From contig CAWINB010000001.1 of the NCBI GenBank assembly GCA_963837465.1, positions 369,929 through 433,928 of the forward strand: a DNA stretch of 64,000 bases, read 5' to 3'. The stretch is from Candidatus Doudnabacteria bacterium (GTDB taxonomy: Bacteria; Patescibacteriota; Doudnabacteria; UBA920). A program made the position numbers and the translations under genes. Under the pieces are notes generated by a model, which saw only the letters and a program-made list of their open reading frames with translations, had not been told where the DNA came from and ran no database searches. Positions 30,001 to 40,929 of the stretch are shown here, piece after piece; position 1 is the stretch's first letter, and each line of letters starts with the position of its first letter.

Positions 30001-33000
30001 GAGCTCGCCTGGACTTGCAGTAAAGTTTGCGGCGTAATGGTGCCAATGCCAAACTGACCGTTCTGGTCAACCACATCGTAAATTCCCTTACTCGTCCTGC
30101 CCCACTCTGCAATGGGTACAGATTGGCCGGTAGTGCCGGTTACAGTTAAAATAATCTGGCTGCCGCTTCCGTTACCGATGAGATTAGAAGTATTAAAGTC
30201 TAATATACCCCCGGTCAAAGTGCCGCCGTTGGTTACGGATAAAATACTACCACCGACATTATTGAAAACTTGAAAAGGAACGGTCGTTTGCGTACTATTA
30301 GACCGCACAACCAACTGCTGCTCGTCGCTACTGCCCTGGATATACAAGGCTGCCTGGGGGCTAGTCGTCCCAATCCCGACATTGCCGCTGTTGGCAACAT
30401 ACAACACACTACTGCCACTGGAAGAAGCGATATTCAAAAGCGAGGCAGTAGAAGTAGTTCCCTGCAAAGTTAACAACGATGAAGCGGAAGTTGTGCCGAG
30501 CCCAAGATTACCACCAACCCAGACATTGCCATTAAATCCACCGGCATAAGCATTGGTAATAGACCCGGCGGTAATGGAAGGTGCGTCTCCATAAACACTA
30601 TAAGCAAGAGTAGTGGTACCTACTCCGCTATTTTTAACTTGTCCATAAACACCGTAGGCTAGTGGAATGCCGGTGTTAGCCGCGCCGCTAAAAGTCGCGG
30701 TACCAGAAACTCCCACTAAAGTTGATGGCGAGTTGCTGGCAAGAGTTCCGGCGGAACGAATAGCCGAACCCAGGACTCCGGCTCCAAGGCCGGTATTTGC
30801 GGAGCCGCTTAGCGTTAAAGTAGCACTGACGTCGGTAGAGCTTGCCGTAGCTGAAGTGCTGGCACTGATAATAAGAGTGCTTGCGTCAATTTGGTTAACT
30901 CCGCTAAATGTACCAAACTGGCTAAGATTTACACCGGCACCTGGAAATACATATCCACTATTAAGAGCCGTCGTCAGGGTTCCGCCCCCATACGGCCTGG
31001 CATAACTGCTTTGTTCCAGTTGCGGCCCCCAGGCGGCTATAGCTGATGTACCAACAACAATTCTGGCAACCACGCTGGTAAATACTCCTGTTAAATTGCT
31101 GGTGACGGCATAGCGCTGCCAGCTTGGACCTATGGTAAAAGTCGTAGGCGTACCTGAGGCGACGTTGGTATCTATTTCCAAAGCTGTGGTGGTTGCGCCG
31201 CCCTGGGATTTTAAGTAGACCGAAAAAGTCCAAGGCGTAGTCGAGCCGCTAACTACAGCCTGGCTGATGTTGCCTGTGGCGGAAGTTCCGGAAAGGTTTG
31301 AGGCAAGAAGGGCATCCAACGGAGATGTAGCAGTAGCCGCGGCAACGCTATTCATATTAACTTTTATCCATTGGCTGGCAGAAAAATTCGTAGCACTGAC
31401 CAAAAAGTTTTGCCACTCCCCCATACCCAACCAAGGCGTGCTAAGGTAACCGTCAATTTCCGTAGTTTGACCATCACCTCCATTGGTAATACCGTTACCA
31501 ACGTCCAGGGGGCCAATAGGATATTGGTTATCTACACCAATATTGCCCGCGCTGTTAATATACAAATTACTGGTTCCTGAAGAAGAAACTACATTCAAAA
31601 TATCCTGAGCGCCGCTTCCCTGAATAGCCAAAGTCTGACCCGCGGTTGTAGTCCCAATCCCCACATTCCCCGCACGGGTCACGACTAACTCACTAGCTCC
31701 CGATGACGAAGCCACATTGAAGGGATTTAAGGTTCCCGTGCCCTGGATGTTGAAGGAGACGGCGGAAGAAGTAGCTCCAATGCCCGCCACCGCGCCGTTG
31801 TCCAGCAGTGCTCCTGCGGCAAGAGTGCTTGGGGAAGTCCAGATGGCATCGTAACCTGTTGTACCGCCGGACAGGGAGCCTGCGGCATTTAAAGTGTTAC
31901 CGCTAAAGCTTAAGCCGGTGCCCAGTTGTACGGATTCCAGGTTGCTGTTGGCATCACTCATTACCAAAGAAGAAGGAGTTAAAGTGGCGATACTGACATT
32001 GCCGATGGCAGATACATTTAAGTAAGACGAGCCACTGGAAGAAGCTACGGTTAGGAGGTTTGAAGTTTGGGAAGAAGTGCTTTGGACAAAGAGCAGAGAG
32101 CTTGGAGCAGTTGTCCCAATTCCGACGTTGCCATTAGTTATTATTCTCATTGCTTCTGTTCCGCCGTTGTTACCAACTACAAATTTAATATAATCAGCAG
32201 TTCCTGCGCCGCTCGTTGACTTAAGCGTAAGAAAACCATTTGTTGCTCCGCTTCCATAAAGTGTAGTGTTATTGCCAGAGTTGTTGTTAATGTTTCCAAA
32301 AAGAGCAGTCCCATTTAAGTTAGCCTGGAAAGTACCCGACGCAATCACTGCCGCCCCTCCACTTACACTCAATTGCCCATCCGTCTTAATCGTCCCCGCT
32401 CCGCTTCTGTACAAATCCGCCGTAGCATCACCAAAATTTATGCCGCCGGAAGCAAGAGTGGAAGAAGCAAAAGACAAAGCCGCTATTGGTGTCGTTGTCC
32501 CAATCCCGACATTGCCGAGCATATAGTTATTCCCTGCCCCATTTGCACTCAATGTACCTGCCGTTATAAGGTTTGCCCAGCCAGTAGAGCTATTTAAACT
32601 AGCAAATGTGCTGTATGCTCCGCTATTGGCTGAAATATCAAAATTCAATTGTGCCCCTACACCAGAATAACCTGCTATTGGTGTGTTATACATTCTGATT
32701 ATGCTTGACTGAGAAGTGTTGCCGTTTGTTTTTAATCCCGTGCCTGATAAATACAATGCTGGGGATGCTTGGGAATTAACACCAGCAGTTGCCGCGGTTA
32801 AATTTTGAAGCGTCAATCCATTTGACGGCGTGGCTCCAAGACCCTCACTATCTACTGTTAGCAAGCTCCCCGGACTCGTAGTCCCAATCCCAACGTTGCC
32901 ACCATTGAATATCGCGGCGTAGTTGTTAGTGGCGCCAGTAGGAGCGTTCACATAAAGACCCGCACCGTTAGTGGTAGAAGCATTTAGTGTTCCACCCTGG

Positions 33001-36000
33001 ATTAAAGCTCCATAGGAATTGGTTAATAAAGTATTACCAGTGGTGGAAGCAATCGGAGCGCCGCTGATAGTTAAGGTGGAAGAAGTGGCAATTGTGTAAG
33101 TTGAAGTCGAAGCCGTACCGTAAGTAATGGGATTAAATAATACATTGTAAACCTGGGAGGCAGGGTTGGCGGCATTGGAAATAATCTCGCTTATGCCGGA
33201 GGCAGTTTCTAGGGAACGATAATCGTAAACGGATTTTAGACTCGGAGTAAGATAAATGCCACGGGTGATACCGGAGGCTGAACCTGTTTGATTGATGGTT
33301 TCCAACGAGGTTACTGCTGCAAAATTTCCTGTACCAGAAGAAGGCTGGAAGTCAGCGTTAGTTCGTCCAATTTCCAATATGCCTCCACTACCATTAGCAT
33401 AGCTTTGTGTTGAGTTTGCAAGAATATTTACTTGATAACAGCCACCACCACAACCATTCCCCCTAACACTCAATGTCCCACCACTTGGAGGTTGAATTTG
33501 ATGCAGTATAAAAACAGACGCATCTGTCTGAATTATCCCCGCTCCGCTCCTGTACAAATCTGCCGTGTCATCGCCAAAGTTGATTCCGTTGGCGGCAGTG
33601 GTGTTAGTGCCACTACCGACAGTTAATAATGCCGCTGGTGTCGTTGTCCCAATCCCCACATTGCCGCCATTAAATATGGCGGCGTAGTTGTTAATGGCGC
33701 CGGTTGGGGCGTTAATAATGGCGCCGTAGGCGTTAGTTACGTTGCTTACAGCGTTACCCTGGATCATTAAAGCCGAAGCATTGGTAACGGTGGCGGTGGA
33801 AGAACCCAGCGGCGTGGCCAGGTTTAAGGTAGAAGCATTGGCTAAAGTGTAAATGGAAGACGAAGCCGAGGCGTAGGTGAACGGATTAAACAGAACATTG
33901 TAAGCCGTGGAAATTGCGGAAGAAGTGGAAAGGGTGGTTGTGGTAGCCGCGACTTCCAAGGAGCGGTAGTCAGCCACGGAAGTTAATATCTGGTTCAAAT
34001 AAAGTCCGCGGGTAATGCCGGAAGCACTGCCGGTTTGGTTAATCTTATTCTGAAATACCATGGTATTCAAAACAGCGGTGCCGGAAGTAGGGCCAAAAAT
34101 ATCACCTGTTGAACCAACTCCAGCTATTCCGTAAGTGCCGCTGGTGCCGGTCATAATATCGCTATTATTGGATAGGGTAATACCTATTGCGGCATTGTTG
34201 GTATTATTACCAGCCAAGGTGATTTGCGTACCACCAGCAGCAACTATAAAACCAGACGGGGTTATTTGGAGGTTGCTACTAATATTCACCCTACCGTTCG
34301 GATTCACCCAGAACAAAGGCAAGCCCGTTGATGAAGCCACGGTAAAAGCGTTAGTCGTACCTGCTGCTCCTACAACCGCCAGAGTGCTTTGCGGCACGCT
34401 CGTTCCAATGCCCACATTACCGTTAGCCGAAACAGTCAGCAAGGAAGAGCCGGATGAGGAGGCTACATTAAATGGATTTAAAATTCCCGATCCCTGAATG
34501 TTGAATGAGACAGTGGAAGAAGTAGCTCCAATGCCCGCAACCGTACCGTTGTCCAGCAGCGCTCCTGCGGTAAGAGTGCTTGGGGAAGTCCAGATGGCGT
34601 CGTAGCCTGTTGTACCGCCGGACAGGGAGCCTGCGGCATTTAAAGTATTACCGCTAAAGCTTAAGCCGGTGCCCAGTTGTACGGATGACAGGTTATTGTT
34701 GGCATCACTCATTACCAAAGAAGAAGGAGTTAAAGTGGCGATACTGACATTGCCGATGGCAGATACATTTAAGTAAGACGAGCCACTGGAAGATGCAATG
34801 GTCAACAGGTTTGAAGTTTGTGAAGATGTGGCGATTATTAAAACCGTTGGCTGGGTGGTGGAAGAAGAGGCTACGGTTAGCTGGGCTGCTGGGGTTGATG
34901 TTCCAAGACCAATATTACCGCCAGCCAATACTTCCATAACCGACGCGCTATTTGTTTCCAAATCCATTAGTGCCTTGGTACCGGTAGCCGAAGACAAAGC
35001 GCCTAAGGTATTTACATAAATAGCCCTAAACCCGCCTCCCCCTGTTGTGCTATCGCCGACGATTATTGACAAACCCTTTGAACTTTGCCCGTTACCGCTG
35101 GAGGCCGTAAAGTTTGTGTTCATCATCTGCTGACTCGTAAGGGAGGTGCCATTTATTTGAAGCCCTGTTACCCCGGCAGTCGGCGATAAAATTAAAAAGG
35201 TGCCCTGTATAAGCCCAGTACTATTAACACTAAATTCACTCGTCCCGCCATTAAATGCTTGGATTAAATTGCCGCTCGTACCTTGGACGGATAAAGCCGC
35301 TGACGGGGTAGTTGTCCCAATCCCCACATTCCCACCCATAAAGGCAGCGGCGTAGTTGTTGGATGCGCCGGAGTTGGCGTTAACGTAGAGGCCGTAGGAA
35401 TTAGTGACGCTGGTAAGCGCTACGCCCTGGATGCTTAAGGCGGTGGAAGATGAAATCGTTGTGGAAGCCGTAGTCCCATTTGGCGCTCCGGCAATGTTTA
35501 AGGTGGAGGCGTTGGCTAGGGTGTAGAGGGAAGAAGAAGCGGAAGTATAGGTAAGCGGATTGAATAATACATTGTATGCTGTGGAAATGTTGGTTGAGGT
35601 GGAAAGAGTGGTGGTGGTGGCTGCGGTTTCCAGGTTGCGGTAGTCAAAGACGGAAGTAAGAGTAGGTGCCAGTATAATTCCTCGGGTGATGCCGGTGGAA
35701 ATTCCGGTTTGGTTAATGGTTGGGTTTATGCTTAAGCTATTAAAAGTTCCTGTTCCCGAAGTCGGCGCAAAAGTATTTTGGATTTGAGCAATACCATTAA
35801 CGCCACTTACCGGAGTTTGGAGGGCATTCTCCGATCCCAAGGTAACTTCGTAACCACTGGTGCTGCTAAGACTTCCTAAAATTTTTATGTTTTCGCTTGA
35901 CCCGCTGTTTTCAATAGTTCCAGAAGTTAGTATGGTACCTATAGTCAAACTACCGACAGCGGTTATATTTCCTGAGCTATCGACTTTAAACCGATTTAAA

Positions 36001-39000
36001 CCGCTATTTTCAAACTGAACAAAATTCCCGCCAAAACTGCTTGGGGAATTAATACCTAAGTATGTGCCATTAGCAGAACCGGCAACCAGCGAGTTGCTGC
36101 CTAAAAGAACAGCCGGTGTAGTGCTGGCAGTTAATGTCCCCCCCGCTGTAGTAGTAGCATCCACAGCCAACTGGGTAGATTGGTTGGCAAAGACTTGCAG
36201 TATAGAGGAGCCGGAAGATGAAGCAACTTTAAACGGATTCAAACTGCCTGTTCCCTGGATGTTAAAGCTAACGGCGGAAGAACTGGCGTTGACTCCAACG
36301 ACCGTACCGTTGTTCAGAAGATCGGCAGACGATGTTAGAGTATTGACGCCATTGTAGTAAGCATCCTGGCCTATGGTACCGGAACCGATATCAGAAGCAG
36401 GGCCGATGTATAATCCCCCTGATCCTGTGGAGTAGACTGTGCCTGCTGTCAGGGAGCTTAAGGTGGTGGAACCTGTTACGTTTAAGCTGTCGCCAATATT
36501 CTGGTTGCCGGTAGCGGTTAGGTTGCCGTTAAAGTACCCGTCCCCTACCACGGAAAGTTGCGAAACCGGCGACGTGGTATTAATGCCAAAGTAACCGGCC
36601 GAAGTAATGACGCTGGAAGTCGCGCCGGAGGTATTGTAAATATCTAAAATGTCAGCGGTCTGGCCCGAAACGGGGGTTAAGCTTAACACCGGCGTGGTGG
36701 AAGATGTGGAACCTACGGCAAGTTTGGCTGTTGGATTAACAACGCCAATACCGACCAAATCTGTGGAGGTGGCCAAGTGGACAATGTTGGGGGAAATCCA
36801 GGTCCAGCCGCCGGCCGAGGAGCCGCCGATGCTGGTAATGGTGCCGCAAGTCAGCTGGCCGCTGCCGTCGGTCTGGATGGCGGAAGCGGAATTATCACAG
36901 TTAAGCACGGCGCCGACGCGCACGTTGCTGCCCGCCACAACATTGCCGCTGGTTTGCAAACTGCCGGCCGTGGCGTTAAGCACGCCAAGCCCCAGGCCGC
37001 CGCTGGCAAAAATATTTCCCGCGACCGAAAAATTGGTTACCGGCGAACTGGAATTTATGCCGACATTGCCATTGGCCAAAATACTTAAAATTTGCGCGCT
37101 GGAAGAAGACGCTACGGCAAAAATCTGCAGCGTGGATTGGGTTGAAGATCCCTGCACTGTAAAAATGGCGGCCGGCGAAGAAGAATTAATCCCCAGCTCG
37201 CTTCCGTTATCAAACAATAACGAATTGCCCGTGGTGGACGAGCCGGTGTATTTAACCAGATAATTGTTCGCGCCGCTGCCGGAAAGTTTGTTGTTAAAAG
37301 CCAGCCAGTCGGAATTTTGCAGCTGGCCGGTGTTGACGGAGGAAGCAAACGGCAGGTTAATGCTGAGGGAGTTTGTGGAAGTTGAGATGTTGAAAATATT
37401 TCCGGTTGTGCCGGTGGCAACATTCGCAATGACGTTTGGGGACAAGCCAATGGCTGTGGAAGTACCGATAATAATTTGGCTGCCATCGCCGCTTGTAAAG
37501 GCAAGGCCGCCGCCCAGGGCCAAATTGCCCAGGGTGGTGGTGCCGGTGCCGCCGCTGGCCGGAGTTAAGGCGCTGGTTAAAGTTAATTGGCTGATGGTGG
37601 TAGTTGCAAGAGTGGAAAGTCCGCTGACATTAATCTGGCCCGCGGTTAAGACAGTAAGAGTTGTGGAAGCAAGCGAGCTGGAGCCGCTCACCGTAAGCCG
37701 GCCAATTGCGGCGTCGGCCAAAGTTGATGTGGCGCCGACGCTTAACTGGCCGAGCAAAGTTTCGTCGCCGGTCAGCAGAGCATCTCCCACCACGCTTAAA
37801 GCGCTGCCCGGTGTTGAAGTGCCGATGCCCAGGTTGCCGCCTGCCGTTACGGTGAGCAAAGTTTGCCCGGAGGCCGATGCAAGCGTAAACAAATTCGTGG
37901 GTGAACCCGTAGCCTGCAAAAACAACTCGGAGCTTGGCGCGGTGGTGCCGATCCCCAAACTGGAACCTGAAAGGAATAAAATGTTTTCCGGGCTTACCGT
38001 CGTGCCAAAGGATTGGTAATAGGCGAAACTGCCGGGCGTCCCCGTCGCTACCCCGCTGCTGCCGCCCGTACCGCTGCCTACCAGGCTCCAGGCCGTACCG
38101 TTAAAAAAATTGTACTGGTCGGTGTCCGTGTTAAAAATCAAAAGTCCGGCGGCGGGGCTGGCAATCGCGTCACGCTGCGCCTGCGTCATGCGCGGCGCCA
38201 AAAATCCCTTGCTGGAAGAATCAAGCTCCAGCAAACTTGACGCGTCCGGAGTCGTAGTGCCTAAGGACAACTGGCTGGTAGAGGCTGTGTAAAATAAATT
38301 GCCGTTATCCTGGCTTAAGCCGTTGGCGCCCTGAAAAACCACGCTGCCGGCGGTGAAACCGGGGTTAATATTTGAAACATTTAAATCGGCAATTGTCGTG
38401 CTGCCGCTAAAAGAGGCGTTGCCGTTAAAATCAGAACCGCCCCGCACGTTCAAAGAAATTATATCGGCCTGGTTGGCGCTCAGCGAGTCGCCGGACAACT
38501 GGCTGAAGCCGGCTATTGAACCTATGGTGCCGTTTGAATTTTCCGAACCTACGTAGGCAATCGGCGCCGCCGGTCCGCCGATAAACGACTGACCCGCCCC
38601 GGCGGGACCTTGCGGCCCCTGGGCTCCCGGCGCTCCGTTTTGCCCTTTGAATTTTCCCCGCGCGAGATAAGCGTTCAGCCTGTCATCAATAATCGAATAA
38701 ACTTGGGATTCGTTCAGACCCAAAAGCTGGTTTATAATTTGCGTTCCATCCTGGCCATTAACCACAACAGGGCTGTTGGCATTATCCGCAATACCGGAGG
38801 TGGAGTTTCGCGCTCCTGACTTGCTGTATAAAATATTTGTAATGCCGCCCCGGACATCCGGTTGTTTGGGGGAAATTAAACTCGACCACGCAACGGAAGC
38901 CACAAGTCCGGTTAGCGCGATAATTCCGGTGGCTAAAATCAGCGGAAGATTTGAGGATACCGGTCTGGCAAAACTGCCGTAAAGCTGTTTGATTTTTTCT

Positions 39001-39782
39001 TTGCCTAAAACCAATCCGGCCAGGAATTCCCCGTTCTGCCGCTGAGGCTCAGTCCCGGTTTCGGAAGGCAAATCAAAATTGGAAACAAAATTTTCCATTA
39101 ACGGCAACCGTTCGGCTGCCCGGGTCACCGCCGGCATGGCAATCGGAACGACCGCCGGAATTGAATTCTGAACCAAAGCTTGCTCCGCTTGGTCCGCGAT
39201 TTTTTTGGTCTTTTGTTCCGCCTCCGCCAAACCCCGTGACAGGGTATCAATACGGTTTTCAATATTTTCAAAAACCTCTTTTTTTAAATTGCTCAGCCGC
39301 ATAATTTGCTCCGGCAATTGCTGGACCGGTAATGCCGGTGCCGAACCAATAATATGCTGCTGGGGTGCTTGGACCTGCTGGTTATTCTGCCCGGACCCTG
39401 GCCGATCCAAACTTTGAATATTCGCTTGCTCGGAGGCAACGTGCACGGGGATTTTGTTTCCCGTCTCGTCCAGGACTTCGGAAATCCCATTTTTGTAATT
39501 TTTTATAAAATCATCCAAAGCCGCCCTGGTTGTTACCCAGTTCCGGCCCATTTTGAAACCCTTTAACTTGCCGGTTCTGCAAAGGAAACCAAGGTAGTCC
39601 TGATGGTAGTGGGTCAGCTTACTGGCCTCGGAAAGGGAAACAAAGTCAGATTGGTTTTGAGCCGGAAAAGGAGGCTGGAACGAAGCGCCGGTTGTCTGCC
39701 TGGAATCCGAAAAGCCCAATCCAATTTCCGTATGGTTTGGTTGGCTCGGGTTTTCTAAATTTTTATCTGTTTTTTCGTCCAC
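21077..39782 (-). CDS. giant (about 6,200 aa) type-II membrane surface protein: cytoplasmic excisionase-type HTH, single TM, extracellular collagen-like / tail-fibre-like / YVTN beta-propeller region, interrupted by at least four frameshifts
   Basis: The track ORFs 26466..39782 (4438 aa), 26096..26881, 25440..26129, 25183..25383, 24213..25031 and 21077..24427 carry the same repeat families (GNVGIGTTTP units, YVSGRYAYVAN blades) across their junctions. N-terminus: HTH LSEASKLTHYHQDYLGFLCRTGKLKGFKMGRNWVTTRAALDDFI, then a coiled coil, a TM LPLILATGIIALTGLVASVAW near aa 285 (positive-inside), the collagen-like stretch GAPGAQGPQGPAGAG, and KGFLAPRMTQAQRDAIASPAAGLLIFNTDTDQYNFFNGTAW. Confidence 0.7.
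25560..27830. repeat. imperfect tandem array of about 120-bp units (16 or more, each one YVTN beta-propeller blade), plus a roughly 370-bp segmental duplication
   Basis: The unit gatgtcaacgacggagatg...tttgccacataggcgtagcggccggagacgtagatggaa recurs with a roughly 120-bp period. The segment 25240..25610 matches 26510..27030 apart from indels. Confidence 0.75.
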
Positions 39783-40889
39783 TTTTTTTGGAAAATGCTT
39801 TCGGAAAATTTTATATTATTTGGCGTTCCGGATTAAATTTTGCGTTTATTTTTGTGTCATTTTTCCTAATATCGGATAAGCGATATCTGTATTAATTATA
39901 GCCTTTACCTAAAATCGGGGTCAAGGAATATAAAATAAAAAATGATTGATATTTATAAAATTTGTGTTTCATAATTTAGTAAAAACTAAACCGGAATTTT
40001 GAATAAAATAACTACAAAACCAGCCATGAAAATAAGAGCTTTGGCGGGTAATTATAAATCTGCTTACTTTTTCTTTTTTTGAATCAGGTTTTTTATTTAG
40101 TTTATGAAACATCAATATTCACTAGCTGATTACTCAAAAATACACTTACTCTGCCGACCCATAAATATCGGCTTCTAAAAAACCCATAAACGCTTAGCAA
40201 GCCCGCGGTTAGCGCGATTGAGCAATTTCAAGCTTTTTAAAATGAATAGCGATAGCGTTTTAAAATTTAATATCGGAGCGATTCTAAAATATTTCATTTA
40301 AGAAGCTTCGCAAAAATTACCTCTTATCGAATAACAAAATTAACCATCTCGGATATCCCAAATGGGATAATTTTAAACAAATTTTTGCTCCTAAAGCAAA
40401 ACTGCTTATAAGGCAGATAATTTATAATTAGCTTAGGATAAAATAATTAATTGATTAGATGACACTTTATATTTATTACGCTCAATGAATATAAAAATTA
40501 TTATTTTCAACCCTTATACCATGAAACAGCAATTGTTTAAAGAAAGTTGACTTTATTTTGTTGCACAGCTTGATTTTGAATAAATTCAGCGGAATCTGAT
40601 TATCTAATTAAATTATCCACAGCTAGTATCACTCAAACTGCTTTCTTTTTGTTTTATGCTGCTATATCATCGGCTCGTTTGACAAGAAATTTTTTATGGA
40701 ATAAGCTTAAAAAGCCAAAGAAATTCCTTAACAAAAAGAGTCTTATTTGGGGAAGTCGGGTGAGAATTATCATAATAAGATGATTCAATTCCCGCGCTGT
40801 GCCGCAACTGTAAATTCGCCCTTCGGCGGATAAGCCAGATCGCCGAATAAGGTCTATTCCCGAGCAGGACAATTGCACCCGTAATTTCA

Positions 40890-40914
40890 CCGTCCCTGCC
40901 TGGGGCGGTTTTTT
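40890..40914 (+). terminator. intrinsic terminator-like hairpin immediately upstream of the 40930 start codon (possible attenuator or sRNA 3' end)
   Basis: ccgtccc-tgcct-ggggcgg is a 7-bp stem including one G-U pair, followed by TTTTTT. It lies 15 nt before the ATG at 40930 at the end of a 1.1-kb non-coding region. Confidence 0.35.
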
Positions 40915-40929
40915 AATTAACAACCCCTC

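Noticed and set aside
40740-40915. Tentative match of GGGAAGTCGGGTGAG and nearby segments to RNase P RNA, SRP RNA or tmRNA conserved regions
   Set aside because: Only short, imperfect word matches were found, with no consistent set of conserved regions in the correct order. It was left as an unassigned structured element.
40654-40923. 89-aa minus-strand ORF in the non-coding region
   Set aside because: Its composition does not look like coding sequence and it has no motif. It overlaps the hairpin/terminator-rich segment that is better explained as structured RNA or regulatory DNA.
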